From the NCBI RefSeq assembly GCF_963921235.1, contig NC_086107.1, positions 101,620,001 to 101,684,000 on the forward strand: a stretch of 64,000 bases of DNA. The letters are read 5' to 3'. Shown here piece by piece: positions 14,050 to 26,090 of this stretch. The position numbers were made by a program, and so were the translations under genes. How positions within the stretch are numbered: position 1 is the stretch's first letter; each line of letters opens with the position of its first letter. A model generated the notes under the pieces. The model had not been told where the DNA came from. It searched no databases and saw nothing but the letters and a program-made list of their open reading frames with translations. The stretch comes from Mobula hypostoma (taxonomy: Eukaryota).

Positions 14050-16294
14050 TAATCTTTTTAACACTGTCTTGAGATTTTGGAGATGACCTTGTCATCCAGG
14101 CAACACTGAGTACCTGGAAAGTCTTGCAGTACCTGGTCCTTAGCTTTCTGCCAGAGTGCAGATGTTACTCCAAAAATATATTGATAAAACCCTTTATGAG
14201 CGTTAATGGTGAGAAACACTTCGGATTCTTCCTCCATCTCCATCTGCAGGTAGGCCTCAGTTAAGTCCACTTTGCTGAAATGTTTCCATCCAGAAAGGTT
14301 TGCAAAGATATCCTCTATCCTGGGCAGAGAGTACTGATCTACTTTCAGTACTAGGTTGATGGTGACCTTAGAATCACTAGACCTTAGCAGACCCATTCTT
14401 CTTGGCTATTGGTACCTCTAGCATTGACCATGGGCTCCACTCAAACTTAGAAAGAATTCCTTCAGCCTCCATGCAATCTAGCTCACTGGCTACTTTAACA
14501 CAATGGTATAAGGAATCAGACAGGCATAGTAACACCTGGGTGTGGCATTTTCATTTAATCCTATTTTACCCTTGATATGTTTGAGTTTTCCAATGTCATC
14601 CTTGAACACTGCTGTGGCATCATCTAGTACCGCTCTTAATTCACTTTCAGTTGATTCTATTGTAGTGGATGTGGCTGCAAATGGTAGATGAATCTCCAAT
14701 CAAGATGCAGTTGCCTCAGCCAATCACATCCCCACAATGCTGCCCCCCCTCCTGTTTTCACCACAGACATGTCTAATGTGGCTTGTTGGTTATTTTATCT
14801 CACTGTTACAAATGCAGTTATCATTTTTTTCAGTATAAGTTTTTAGTTGGATATCTACAAGTTTCAGTTCAGTATCTTTGAAATATCATTCAAACTCAAT
14901 TTGTGGAATGACTGAAATAGTTGAGCCAGTATCCAATTCCATTTTAACTAATTTGCAGTTCTCTTCTGCTGTAAGCCATATTCACAAGTCTGTTCACAAA
15001 CAAGAGAAAATCTGCAGATGCTGGAAATCCAAGCAACACACAAAGTGCTGGAGTTCCTCTAACATTTTGTGTGTTGGTTGTCTGTTGTTAGTTTTCACAT
15101 TTTAAATCTCAACGCTACCCATTCCTCTGTCACTCTCATCTTGTCAGATTTGTCATCAACAGCATGTAGATTAGTGCTCTTTTTGAAACTGCAACTTGAC
15201 ATTTTATTTTCTCTTTCCTGTGCAGTCCATTTATTTTTGTCTGCTGATATGCTCTGCATGTTTCCTACTTCGTTACATTTTCAGCAAGTTTCGCCTTTAA
15301 ACTTGCACTGATCTGGCGTATATAACCCCCTGCCACTACGGTCGTTTGGTCAGGTTGGTTTCTGTTTAGACAATGCAATTTTGTTCATGCTCACTTTCAT
15401 TCGTGACTGCAACTTAATTGTGTCTCTCTCTGCTGTTTTGATTCATAAAGCTATTTCAATTGCTCTTTTAAATGTAAGTTGTAATTCCATTAGAGGCTGC
15501 CTTTGAATGCTTTCTAGTAAGATTCCACAAACTAAGCAATTTCTCAGTGCTTCATAAACCCGTCACTGAACTGACAATCCTCAATAGCTTCTTCAATTCA
15601 GCCACATACACTGAAATGGACTCCTTTTCATTCTGCTTATGAAACCTAAAGTGTTCTGTAATCAACAATGGTTTTGGTTCTAAATGTTCCTGCATTATTT
15701 TCACAATATCGGCAAAGCTCATTTTGGCTGGTTTGGTTGGAGCAGTTAAATTTCTAAGCAAACTATATGCCATTAAACCCAATGCACTCAGCAAAACTGG
15801 CACTCACTTCTCACTGGCTATTTCATTTGCTTCAAAATACTGCCCAATTAGCTCAACATACATGAGCCAGTTATCAGGTGCATAATCAAATATATCAACC
15901 TTTCTGATGTATCCAGCCATTTCTGTTCTTTTTTAATAATTATTATCACCAGGTAATCACTGTTTATAAACCTGCGAATACATCCGTTTTCTGTCTTTTT
16001 TTTTAAACTTGACAAGACTTTGTCCATTCCCAAAGAAGCATGTACTGTGCTGCTTTCTTTTTACTCAACCATTTCTTGCTGTGCTTTTTTTTTTTACTTG
16101 AACGTCTCACTGTGCTTCAATAGGTAAGGAGCTGTCTCAGGTTTGTTTAAAACTTCCTCCGCACCACTGTTATGTCTTGTAACTCCAAAACATAAAATGA
16201 ATCGAAATGAAAGCAAGGGAGCCAAGAGATAATGTGTCTGACTTGGTTATTACTTTAAGCAAGGTGCTCATGTACATGACGTATGTAGTAAGGT

Positions 16295-17310
16295 GCATTT
16301 GTGACACAAGTTAAAAGTAAACAGTATAACATCACTGGTGCTTCATGTGTGACAAGACCTGGGTGTTGGCAGCGAGTTCAACAGCCTTAAGGCCTGGGGA
16401 AAGAAGCTGTTTCCTATCCAAACAGTTCTTGCCCTAATGCTATGGTACCTCCTACCCAATGTTGGACAGATGGGAGAGATCATTGATTATGCTAAGGGAA
16501 CGTATGGAAGAGAGATCCCAATAATTCTCTCAGCAATTCTCATAATCCTTTGTAGGGACTTTGAATCAGATGCCTTACAATTTCCACACCAGATGTTGAT
16601 GCAGATGGTCAGGACACTCTCGATGGTGCTCCTGTAAAAATAAGTTATAATGGTGGAGGAAGCCTCACTCACCTCTGTCTCCTCAGGAAGTGGAAATGCT
16701 GCTGTGCTTTCTTGACCAAAGATGTAGTATTGAAGGGCTAGGTGAAACCATCCGCTATGTGCACTCCCAGGTGCTCCTAACTCTCTCCATGGATGAGGAG
16801 TGTATGTGCAGTGAGGAGCTGTCAGCCTGCACCTTCCTAAAGTCCACAATCATCTCTTTGGTCTTGTCCACATTGACTGAATTTGTTCTGTTAGCACCAT
16901 TCTACCAGCTGTTCCACCAACTCTCTGTACCCTATCTCATTGTCATTGTTGATGTGGCCAACCACAGTTATGTCATCAGCGAACTTGATGATTTGGTTTG
17001 AACTGGATCTAGCAGTGCAGTCATGCGTCAGCAGCGTGAACACAGCCCAGGGTGGGGGGAGGGGGCATCTGTGCTCTGCGTGATGGAGCAAGAGATGTTT
17101 CTGCCAACATGGATTGACTGTAGCCTTTCTGTCAAGAAGTCCAGGATCCAGTTACCAAGAGAGACATTGAGACCCAAAGAAGACAGTTTACCCACCAGCT
17201 TCAAAGGGATGGTTGTATTAAAGACCCAGCTGAAGTCGATAAACAGCATCTTGGTATATGAGGCACCATTTGCCAGGTGGGACAGGACAGAGTGGAGCGT
17301 AGAGGCATAG
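16295..17310 (-). mobile_element. Rex1/Babar LINE RT 3' fragment
   Basis: MLFIDFSWVFNTTIP, IKFADDITVVG, FYRSTIESVLT.CI.IW.GNC. Confidence 0.85.
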
Positions 17311-17566
17311 TACTTTTAAGTGGTACCACTCAAGATTAGAGCCTAGAAATTGAACTGTACAATGCTTTCAGTTTAGTATGATGACTCAATTTTGACCTAA
17401 TCCCAAGAGGAACATGCTTGAGATCATTTCCAAATATAGTCAATTGGGAAATGGGACAAAATCTGTCACTTAAGTGGTATACCTGATCTATTCCTGGCAT
17501 GAGGCATGCAACAAATGAAATAATTAGCCATGCAGCTGTTTTCTGACTATACCAACATAAATCAGA

Positions 17567-17704
17567 GACGCAAACATGAGGAAATCTGCAGATGCTGGAA
17601 TTTCAAGCACACACACAAAAATTGGTGGTGAACGCAGCAGGCCAGGCAGCATCTATAGGAAGAGGTACAGTCGACGTTTTGGGCTGAGACCCTTTGCCAG
17701 GACC
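17567..17704 (-). mobile_element. Penelope terminal (pLTR) fragment with decayed hammerhead motif
   Basis: Reverse complement closely matches 57534-57631. Confidence 0.75.
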
Positions 17705-18404
17705 AAATCAGAGAAATCAGAGAACAATGTTCCACATTATTATTAAGTTTTTTTTTTACATCCTCAGTGGAAAGTGTGCTCGATTTTCTCATTTTAAAAA
17801 ACCTTTCTCTTTCCCCGTCTGTTGATATCAGGAGACCTGAAAGGACATCTTCAGAAGTGGATGCAATTGCTTCAATGCCTTCCAAGTTCCACAGAAGGTG
17901 TTACAATTGATAGAGAGTAATTTTTCCAACATTTACCAGCCGTGAATATTGCCACTGACCCTCTATTACTGGGGATATCAGCATAACCATGGCTAGCCAC
18001 TCAAAATGAGTCAAGGACATCAGAGCAGAAGGCAAGGACCTGACTATATCAGAAGGACCTGTGCTCTCAGATTAGAAACAATATCTTGCTTGACCCTGCC
18101 ACTGAGCAATTTATTTGTAGTCTTCAATTCACCAAGACCAATACCACTGAGAAATGTGGCTTTCCATGGAAAGATAATAGACCATGATTTCATTCCTGAC
18201 TGTCCTCCCAGTGGAGGCCAAGATCATATTAATTCTAAGCTTCCTCTCAATGGGGAACAATTCATTATGCTGTTGACAAATTAGGATAGGAAGTAACTGC
18301 TGCCCACATGAACAAAAGGGGATACCAAAGTCTTGAAGCTTCTGAGGAATGATAGTATTAAACAATGACCTGAAGCATGCCACATCCAAGAGGTCCACAA
18401 CCTT

Positions 18405-18702
18405 GTCATAAGATTTGGAGGCTTGGTGCCTCAATGGCCTGGGAGCTTTGTTGGCTAGAGTCAGGGCTTTGTGCTTTCGCTCTTGGTCGGGTCACCTATG
18501 CCAAACAGGTCAAAGAGTAAAGGCCAGACTACGAGTGGTCCACTGTCCTCCAGGGCTAACAACCCTGACCGGTCAAAATAAATGTTTAAGAAAGAGCATT
18601 GAAGAATTCTTCTTTACCCGAGTGCAACAGCATGGACAGACAGAGATGGAGGACCTTCACTGCTGCCCTAAACGCCAACGATATAACAGGCAGTAAATAA
18701 GT
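18405..18702 (+). mobile_element. Probable RTE (Expander/Rex3-like) derived non-autonomous element
   Basis: Recalled similarity of gggtcacctatgccaaacaggtc...ggccagac to RTE 5' UTRs and an RTE-like 3' end (ctgccctaaacgcc...agtaaataagt); not verified by search. Confidence 0.35.
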
Positions 18703-20339
18703 GAAGCTTGCCAACAACCATTGCTTCAAGATTCATGTCACCAGCTGAATTAACTGACAGACCCTACCCTGGCTTATAGATTTCTTCACTCTTCACCTTG
18801 GAGTCAGGATTCGGCATTATCCCAGCAGATTCTTCTCATGAAGAAAAAAATGTGAGTGAAAGGGACATTGCATGCCTTTGTTCCTGCAGAACAGACAATT
18901 TCCTGCATGCTGTATCTCTGCTACTAGAGGAGATCGACTTGGTCATGCATGGCACTCCTTGTTCTTGCAGAAAATCAATTTTCTGACACGCTGCATCACT
19001 CTGTTCATACAGAAGAATCAGCTGTTGCAATGTAATTCTCTATGCTCCTGGAGAACTAACAAATAGAATCTCTGCATCCATTAATAGCAGCAGTTTCCTT
19101 ATGTATGGCATTTTGCTGCTCAGTAAGGACAGCAGATTGTTAATGAGCAGCATAACTCTGCTCTTTGATAACATCAAGCTGCTTCGTGGTGGCAAATCAT
19201 GATTCCTTTAGAAACCCCACATTGCAGAGATTAACCTCTAGCCAGATCAGGTTGAGACTACATAGAGGCAGAAAAGTAGCCTCTGCCTGAGCCACCTTAG
19301 CAGTAACATTAAATAATAGGGGCATCATCAAGCCCAATTACAATCAGATAGTGAACCTGTTGCAGAACCTTAGCAACACAGATTTGATTCTGAGCTCCAG
19401 TGCTCTGTATGCAGAACTTGCACATTCTCTTGCCTGGCCTGGTTTCATTCCCCTCCCTATAGACATACTGGCTGTTAAATTAATTGGTTGATACACATTA
19501 ACCTTTAATGTAGATATCTGATGGGAGAATCATAAGGATATTAATGTGCATGCGTGAGAATGGGCTATGGGAAACAGGGGAATGGGATTGCTCTAACAGC
19601 CAGCATCTATGTGCTGCCTTCTTCTAAATCATAAGAAAATATAAGTCCTTATAAGGAAATTCACATGGCCTCCAGAGTGAAAGTCATAGTCTCCTGGCTA
19701 CAATAGAACATCCTGTGAGAATACGGAGATTACACTCTTTTGTGCTCCTTGTCATTTCATGTATTTAGTTGAGCTGGCTTGACAACATGGTAACCATCTG
19801 TATGTTTCTGTATCAACCTTGCCATGAAAGGACCACTATCATGGCCCTATAGGTATTCTTTGCTGGGAATGAACGTACTTCTATCTCTGCTGAAGTACTC
19901 ATGTGGTTAAACAAGTACTACCCACCCCACCTCACCTCCTTACTTCTTCACATATCAAAATACCTACTCAATAACCTTCTCAAATTTTTCCCCAGCTACT
20001 GGGATCCTTGGAGACACAACTTACTAAAATCTGAGCAAAAACCAAACTTCAGGAGAAACTCAGCAGGTCAGGCAGCATCTGTGGGATGGGGAGCGAGTTG
20101 TTGCCATTTCAAGTGATAAGTAAAGACACAAATGCTACCAGGGTATGTCACCATATACAACCCTGAGATTCATTTTCTTGTGGATATTCACAGTAAATAC
20201 AAAGAAAGAAAAAAAGCAAAATAATAATAATAAATAAAAAAGCAATAAATATCAAGGACATGAGATGAAGAGCCCTTGAAAGTGAGTCCATAGGTTGTGG
20301 GAACAGTTCAGTGATGGGGTGAATGAAGTTAACTGTAGT

Positions 20340-20960
20340 TATCCCCTACTACCCACAAGCCTCAGCATCCAGCATGTAATTCTCCATTGCCACTGCCATC
20401 TTCAATGTGATCCTACCACTAAGCACATCTTTCTTTGGATTCCACAAGGATTACTCTCTTTGTGACTCTCTTGTCCATTCACCCCTCCCTACTGATCTCT
20501 CTCCTCCTGGCATTTATCGTTGCAAGTGGGACAAGTATTACATGTACCCTTTTACCTCCTCCCTCACCAGCATTCAGGGTCCCAAACAGTACTGCCAGTT
20601 GAGGCAAGACTTCACCACAAGTGCATTGGGATCATCTGGTGCTCCCAATGCATGGTGAGATCCATCATAGATTAGGAACCTGCTTTGTTTAGTGCCTTCA
20701 CTCCACCTGCAACAGCCAGGATTTCCTGGTGGCCATCCATTTTAATTCTATTTCCCATTCCGACATGTCAGTCCATTGCCTCCTCTATTGCCAATGGATG
20801 AGCCTGGAATCTCATATTCCAGCCTGGTAGCCTTCAACCTGAGAGCAAAAGCATCAATTTCTCTAATTTCCAGTAATTTTTCCTCCCTCCTCTGCTCTCT
20901 TTTCCCAACGCCCATTCTGCTCTCCCTTATTCCATCTCTTTTCCTTACCTGCCTATCATC
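20340..20960 (+). mobile_element. Old Penelope-like element fragment
   Basis: Degenerate similarity to the GIY-YIG region at 56958-57240 (ggtggccatccattttaattc, ggtagccttcaacctga) followed by a pyrimidine-rich tract. Confidence 0.7.
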
Positions 20961-21010
20961 TCCCTCTACAGTTTTACAGTTTTCTTCTAGAAAGTAATAT
21001 TGATATTTAC

Positions 21011-21274
21011 CAGAAGAATCAGGAGGACATTAGGATTTCCTTGGATAACATTCATCAAGCAATTTGCATCACTCTGGAAGTCAGGAACTAGGTTTTCATC
21101 CTTGTGAGAGTTGATACCAGAATGTGTAAACCAACACTTCAAGATCCAGTGACCAAATCTGTCTGTCAATTCTGGATAGTGGAAAAAAAACTTCAGAACT
21201 AATGGGTGGTTGGTATACACAGAAGAAACTGTGGCTGTGCTCTCCAGGAATTTACAAATGGATTTCAGTGATAT
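21011..21274 (-). CDS. MEI1: MEI1 coding exon (last in window), ISLKSICKFLESTATVSSVYTNHPLVLKFFFHYPELTDRFGHWILKCWF...GNPNVLLILL
   Basis: Acceptor ctctctttttag|ATATC, donor CTG|gtaaat; 264 nt, phase 0 to 0. Matches recalled human IRKFLE...[31 protein letters not shown]...PSILLILL. Confidence 0.93.
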
Positions 21275-22224
21275 CTAAAAAGAGAGGGAAAAGATCGGAA
21301 TTATAATAATTATAGTGAGAATTTAGCTTTTTCCAAGTAAAAAGAATTTCTACAAATAAATAGTTCACAATGTATCAATTTCTTTGTTCCTCGTTCCTTA
21401 AATAGATATTGCAGTTAATCCTCAGACATCCTACTTTATTGTATAGCCGTAACACTATCATTATCTTTTTTTTTGCTAGTGGTTTACTTTTTGTATTAGG
21501 CCAGACAGATATGTATAAATATAGCATTTCCTGTGCGTTCTTTAAATGTTAGCTACCGCTAATCCATTGTTAAGCATTTTAATGAATTCCCCACAGCCAA
21601 CTCACTACTCATACTTTGACAGTTTCTTTTGTGCAGTTTTAGGATCTTCATTTCAGACTGAACTATTTCATCTGCCACCTTAATTAGGGATTCTATTACC
21701 TTATGATCTCTTTGAATCTCACATGTTAAGATCATTAACTAACAATTTCTTGTTGCCCAATATTCACAGTTCCTTAATTGGCTACTCAATGTACTAGCCC
21801 CGAAAGCCAACCCATCCACATTCTAGGATTTTTTACTCTATGGTATAAGTGCTGACTTAGCTGAATGAGTCATTTTATCCTACCAAACTGTAGAAAGTGT
21901 GAAGCCATTTTCTTCAGCCTCCAGAAGAAAAAAAATCTGACTCCATTTCCCTGTTCTATTGCTGTCTAGGGCTGAACCCAACTTCACCAGAAAGAATGCT
22001 TAAGTAATATGTTCTTCTCAACCTTTACCATATCCTACCATTTGACTATTTCAAGACTTTCTGTGCTGTAACCTCATCTTCTATCTCTGGAAATTTCAGC
22101 AACTCTGCCTAATTTCAATATTTCAAAATCCATCTGTTTCTGCAGGGCCTTTTATTTACTTGAACCTCCTTAATTCCACATTGTTTGACAATCTATTGAT
22201 CACAGTTCCAAATATCACATTAGT

Positions 22225-22650
22225 TCTGAGAAGAGGTTGGACAAACTTAGCTTATTTTCTCTGGAGCTTTGAATGCTGAGTGAAGACCTGATAAAAGTTT
22301 ATAACATTACGAAAGTAAAGATCGGATAGATCATCAGTGTCTTTGCCCCAGGGTGGAACTGTGAAATACTAGAGGGCACAGATTTCAGGTGTGGAGGGGA
22401 GATTTTAAAGGGTATGTTTTTTTTCCTGTCACACAGAGTAGTAGATGCTTGTAGTGCACTGCCAGGGAGGCTGGTGGTAGCATGTACAATGTTGATGTTA
22501 ATGAGCACTTATATAGGCACATGAACATGCAAGGAATGGAGGGATATGGATCATATGTTGGTAGATGGAATTAGTTTAACTAGGCATCATGGTTGGAACA
22601 AATATTATGGATCAAAGAGTCTACTCCAGTACTACGCAGTTCTATGTTCC
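22225..22650 (+). mobile_element. Old CR1 3' fragment
   Basis: gagaggttggacaaactt...gaagacctgata...actagagggcacag motifs and a ttctatgttc tail. Confidence 0.65.
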
Positions 22651-22973
22651 ATCACTATTTTCACTCATTATATTTTTTCCAAGGCATCTGTGGAGTCCTT
22701 TTTACATTTATACACTAAAATTACATTTATTTGTGTTTTCTGTGCATGTGTAAGACAACACACTGCCACAAATAAAAATTAACATACTTAATAAATTCAT
22801 GGCTTTAGCCCAACTAGATAAGATGCAACTTCTCCTTTAACATTTTATCACTTATCTTTGCTATTTAGCTTTATAAAAAAAATGTGGTTGTTACATGGAA
22901 AAGTGCAACTTAATGCTAAAACATCAGAAGAACCAATTTTACTCACAATACAAAAAAATACATCTATGTTTAC

Positions 22974-23121
22974 CAAATCTAGCTTGTTGCACTTTTCTTG
23001 GCATATAGACAACAGATAGATTGCGGCTCTAAGCACAAAGGACGGAGGTGAATGTCCTCGATTGAAGGATGTGTGTAAAAAGCTACTAATGGCTTTGAAT
23101 AAAGGACCTTCTGAAAAAAGC
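22974..23121 (-). CDS. MEI1: MEI1 coding exon, LFSEGPLFKAISSFLHTSFNRGHSPPSFVLRAAIYLLSICQEKCNKLDL
   Basis: Acceptor tttgtttcctcag|GCTT, donor TTG|gtaaac; 148 nt, phase 2 to 0. Matches recalled human FVSEAELFEAVQSFL...PPLVVFKASIYLLAICQDK. Confidence 0.92.
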
Positions 23122-24359
23122 CTGAGGAAACAAAAAACAGGTGAAGCACTTCATATGCATGATCTTCAAACGTGTGTAGCCTGACACAGAACTGATAGAA
23201 AGTCATAATCATTATAATTTAATTCCAGTATTAAAGCATCTATTTTAGTAACTATTTTTGTTAAAAACAAAAAAAACTATCCAACCATTAAATTTATATG
23301 CTAACATATATAATCTAAATGTTAAAAGGCAAATAAAAGGTTTCTTGACATTGATGTATTAGCAGTTAAGACCACTGAGAAGTATACTCCATGCCTACAA
23401 TTCCAAAGCCTCTGAACAAAGCTTTTGAAATAAGATGGGGGAAAGATGAATCTCTATGAATAGACTGTGAAAATGTCAGAAAGCAATTTAGTTGAGTTAC
23501 TCCTAAGCAACTCCCATTATACAATAGGTAAGGATATAGGTTATCTATTTTTGTATGTGTGTCTCATTTATGATTGCACACCTCCTATTCTATGCAGTAC
23601 TTTGCATAGTCTTTTTATATCAATGTTTATCACCTTAACAGCTGTACCAACATTTATAATGTAAATCTATATACTAAATATTTCAGAATAGAAATACAAT
23701 ACAGCACAATAGCACAACTAGTAGAGCTACTGCCTCATAGCTTCAGCAATGCATGCTCAATCCTGGCTTAAGCTGCTGTTTATGTGGAGCCTGCACATTC
23801 GCCTTTGACCGCCTTCCTCTGGGTGTTTCAGTTTCTTCAAACATCACAAAGAATTGTCCAAGGTGTACAGGTGAGTGGTAAAATCTTGGGTGTGGGAGGG
23901 GGGTGAAATTGATGGAAATGTTGGGAGACTAAAATGAGATTAAGGTAGGATGAGTGTTTAATAATCAGTATAGACTTGGTGGGCTGAAAACCTATTTTTG
24001 TCCTGTATGACCTTATGATTTAATGAATACAATAGAACCTATTTGATATACTGTTGGTTGCTAACTTAAGCCACCATTGAGATTTGATGTTTGATAACAC
24101 TTAATTTTTTTAATACAACTTTCATGTATTTTTCTTCCATCCATTGAAATGTTAAGCATAAAACCCTTCCAATAAACAGAGACATTGGACTGTTCTTCTA
24201 TTTTGTTTTCCTCCTCCTGCCACTAGCCACATTCAGTTTCATGTCAGTGCCAACTTAGGGATTCATACACTATAAAATACACACATTACAAGCCTGCAAT
24301 GTTTCCTTCATTGCCATTTGCAGCATCTTGTATTTCATTTGTCTGTTCCTACTCATTTT

Positions 24360-26090
24360 CTTTGGTGGAGGCTTTGGGAAGTGCACAGAAGAGATTTATC
24401 AGGTTGCTGCCTGGATTCGAGGATATGGACAAATCTGTATTATTTTCCCTGAACATTGCATTGCAAGCTAAGAGGAGACCTGATAGAAATTTTGAAAGTA
24501 TGTGAGGCATAGATAGGGTAGACAAAATCTATTTCCCAGAGTAGAAATCTCAATACAGAGGACATTCATTTAAGATGAAAGAGGTACATTTTAAGAAAGA
24601 AGTGAAGGACAAGTTTTTTTTAAAGACACAGAGCTGTAGATACCTGCGTCAAGCTGTCAAGATAATGGTGGAAGCAGATACACCATTGAGGTTTAAGAGG
24701 CTTTTCGATAGACACACGAATCTACAAACCCTATTTCCAGAAAAGTTGGGATATTTTCCAAAATGCAATAAAAACAAAAATCTGTGATATGTTAATTCAC
24801 GTGAACCTTTATTTAACTGACAAAAGTACAAAGAAAAGATTTTCAATAGTTTTACTGACCAACTTAATTGTATTTTGTAAATATACACAAATTTAGAATT
24901 TGATGGCTGCAACACACTCAAAAAAAGTTGGGACAGAGTTAAAATAAGATTGAAAAGTGCACAGAAACTGTCATGCTACTGTGACAATTATAGCCACCTG
25001 GGCTCGGGAGTACTTCGGAAAACCATTGTCGCTGAACACAGTCCATCGCTGCATCCAGAAATGCAACTTGAAACTGTATTACGCAAGGAGGAAGCCATAC
25101 ATCAACTCTATGCAGAAACGCTAGCGAGTTCTCTGGGCCCAAGCTCATCTCAGATGGACCGAAAGACTGTGGAACCGTGTGCTGTGGTCAGATGAGTCCA
25201 TATTTCAGCTAGTTTTCGGGAAAAACGGGCGTCGAGCTCTCCGTGCCAAAGATGAAAACAACCATCCAGATTGTTATCAGTGAAAGGTACAAAAGCCAGC
25301 ATCTGTGATGGTATGGGGGTGCATCAGTGCCCACGGCATGGGTGAGTTGCATGTATGTGAAGGCACCATTGACTCTGAGACGTTTACTAGGATTTTAGAG
25401 AGACATATGTTGCCATCAAGGTGATGTCTCTTCCCAGGACGTCCATGCTTATTTCAGCAGGACAATGCCAGACCACATTCTGCATGGGCTACAACAGCGT
25501 GGCTTTGTAGACACAGAGTGCATATGCTTGACTGGCCTGCTGCCAGTCCAGATCTATCTCCTGTTGAAAATGTATGGCGCATCATGAAGAGGAGAATCAG
25601 ACAACAGAGACCACGGACTGTTGAGGAGCTGAAGTCTAATATCAAGCAAGAATGGACAAAATTTCTAATTGCAAATCTACTACAATTAGTATCCTCAGTT
25701 CCAAAACGAATAAAAAGTGTTATTAAAAGGAAAGGTGATGTAACACACTGGTAAACATGCCTCTGTCCCAACTTTTGTTGAGTGTGTTGCAGCCATCAAA
25801 TTCTAAATTTGTGTATGTTTACAAAATACAATTAAGTTGGTCAGTAAAACTATTGAAAATCTTTTCTTTGTACTTTTGTCAGTTAAATAAAGGTTCATGT
25901 GAATTAACATATCACAGATTTTTGTTTTTATTGCATTTTGGAAAATACCCCAACTTTTCTGGAAATGGGCTTTGTACATGGAATGAAGGGACATGGATCA
26001 TGCGCAGGAAGAAGAGATTTAGATCAGTTTGGTGTGGACATTGTGATCTGAAGAGCCTGTTTCTGTGCTAAACTGTTCGATGTTCTATAT
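24360..26090 (+). mobile_element. Old CR1 3' fragment split by the Tc1 insertion
   Basis: AQKRFIRLLPG at 24380; the CR1 3' UTR continues after 25976. Confidence 0.6.
24725..25974 (+). mobile_element. Tc1-like DD34E DNA transposon, IR/DR type, internally deleted and non-coding
   Basis: 214-bp TIRs (24725-24938 and 25761-25974); TA on both flanks; direct repeats aaaagttggga at both ends of each TIR. Transposase motifs WSDES, FQQDNARPH and SPDLSPVENVW, with 34 residues between the second D and E; in-frame stops; N-terminus missing. Confidence 0.95.

Larger units (their letters stand above)
8228..16290 (-). mobile_element. Ty3/Gypsy LTR retrotransposon, decayed and interrupted by nested insertions
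   Basis: Partial 5' LTR ending ...CATAACA at 16168 followed by PBS-like TGGTGCGGAGG; gag (AYSLLRNLTAPTKP..QEHLEPKP); protease ELDTGS; RT YSLPRIEDIFANL, FSKVDL.EAYLQ, CLDD, PKDVSQ.RSFL; integrase C-terminus FTPGQAVLVRDYRGDQKW; PPT aaggaggag; partial 3' LTR at about 8228-8334. Confidence 0.88.

Noticed and set aside
17562..17885. Minus-strand ORF MEGIEAIASTSEDVL... as a MEI1 exon
   Set aside because: No acceptor before an upstream in-frame stop, no recognisable similarity, and it runs into a Penelope tail.
18798..19066. Cluster of overlapping short ORFs
   Set aside because: No recognisable domain or consistent splice signals; probably chance ORFs in old decayed sequence.
24649..26071. Duplicated ORFs SVLQPSNSKFVY... 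on opposite strands
   Set aside because: Translations of the two Tc1 terminal inverted repeats.
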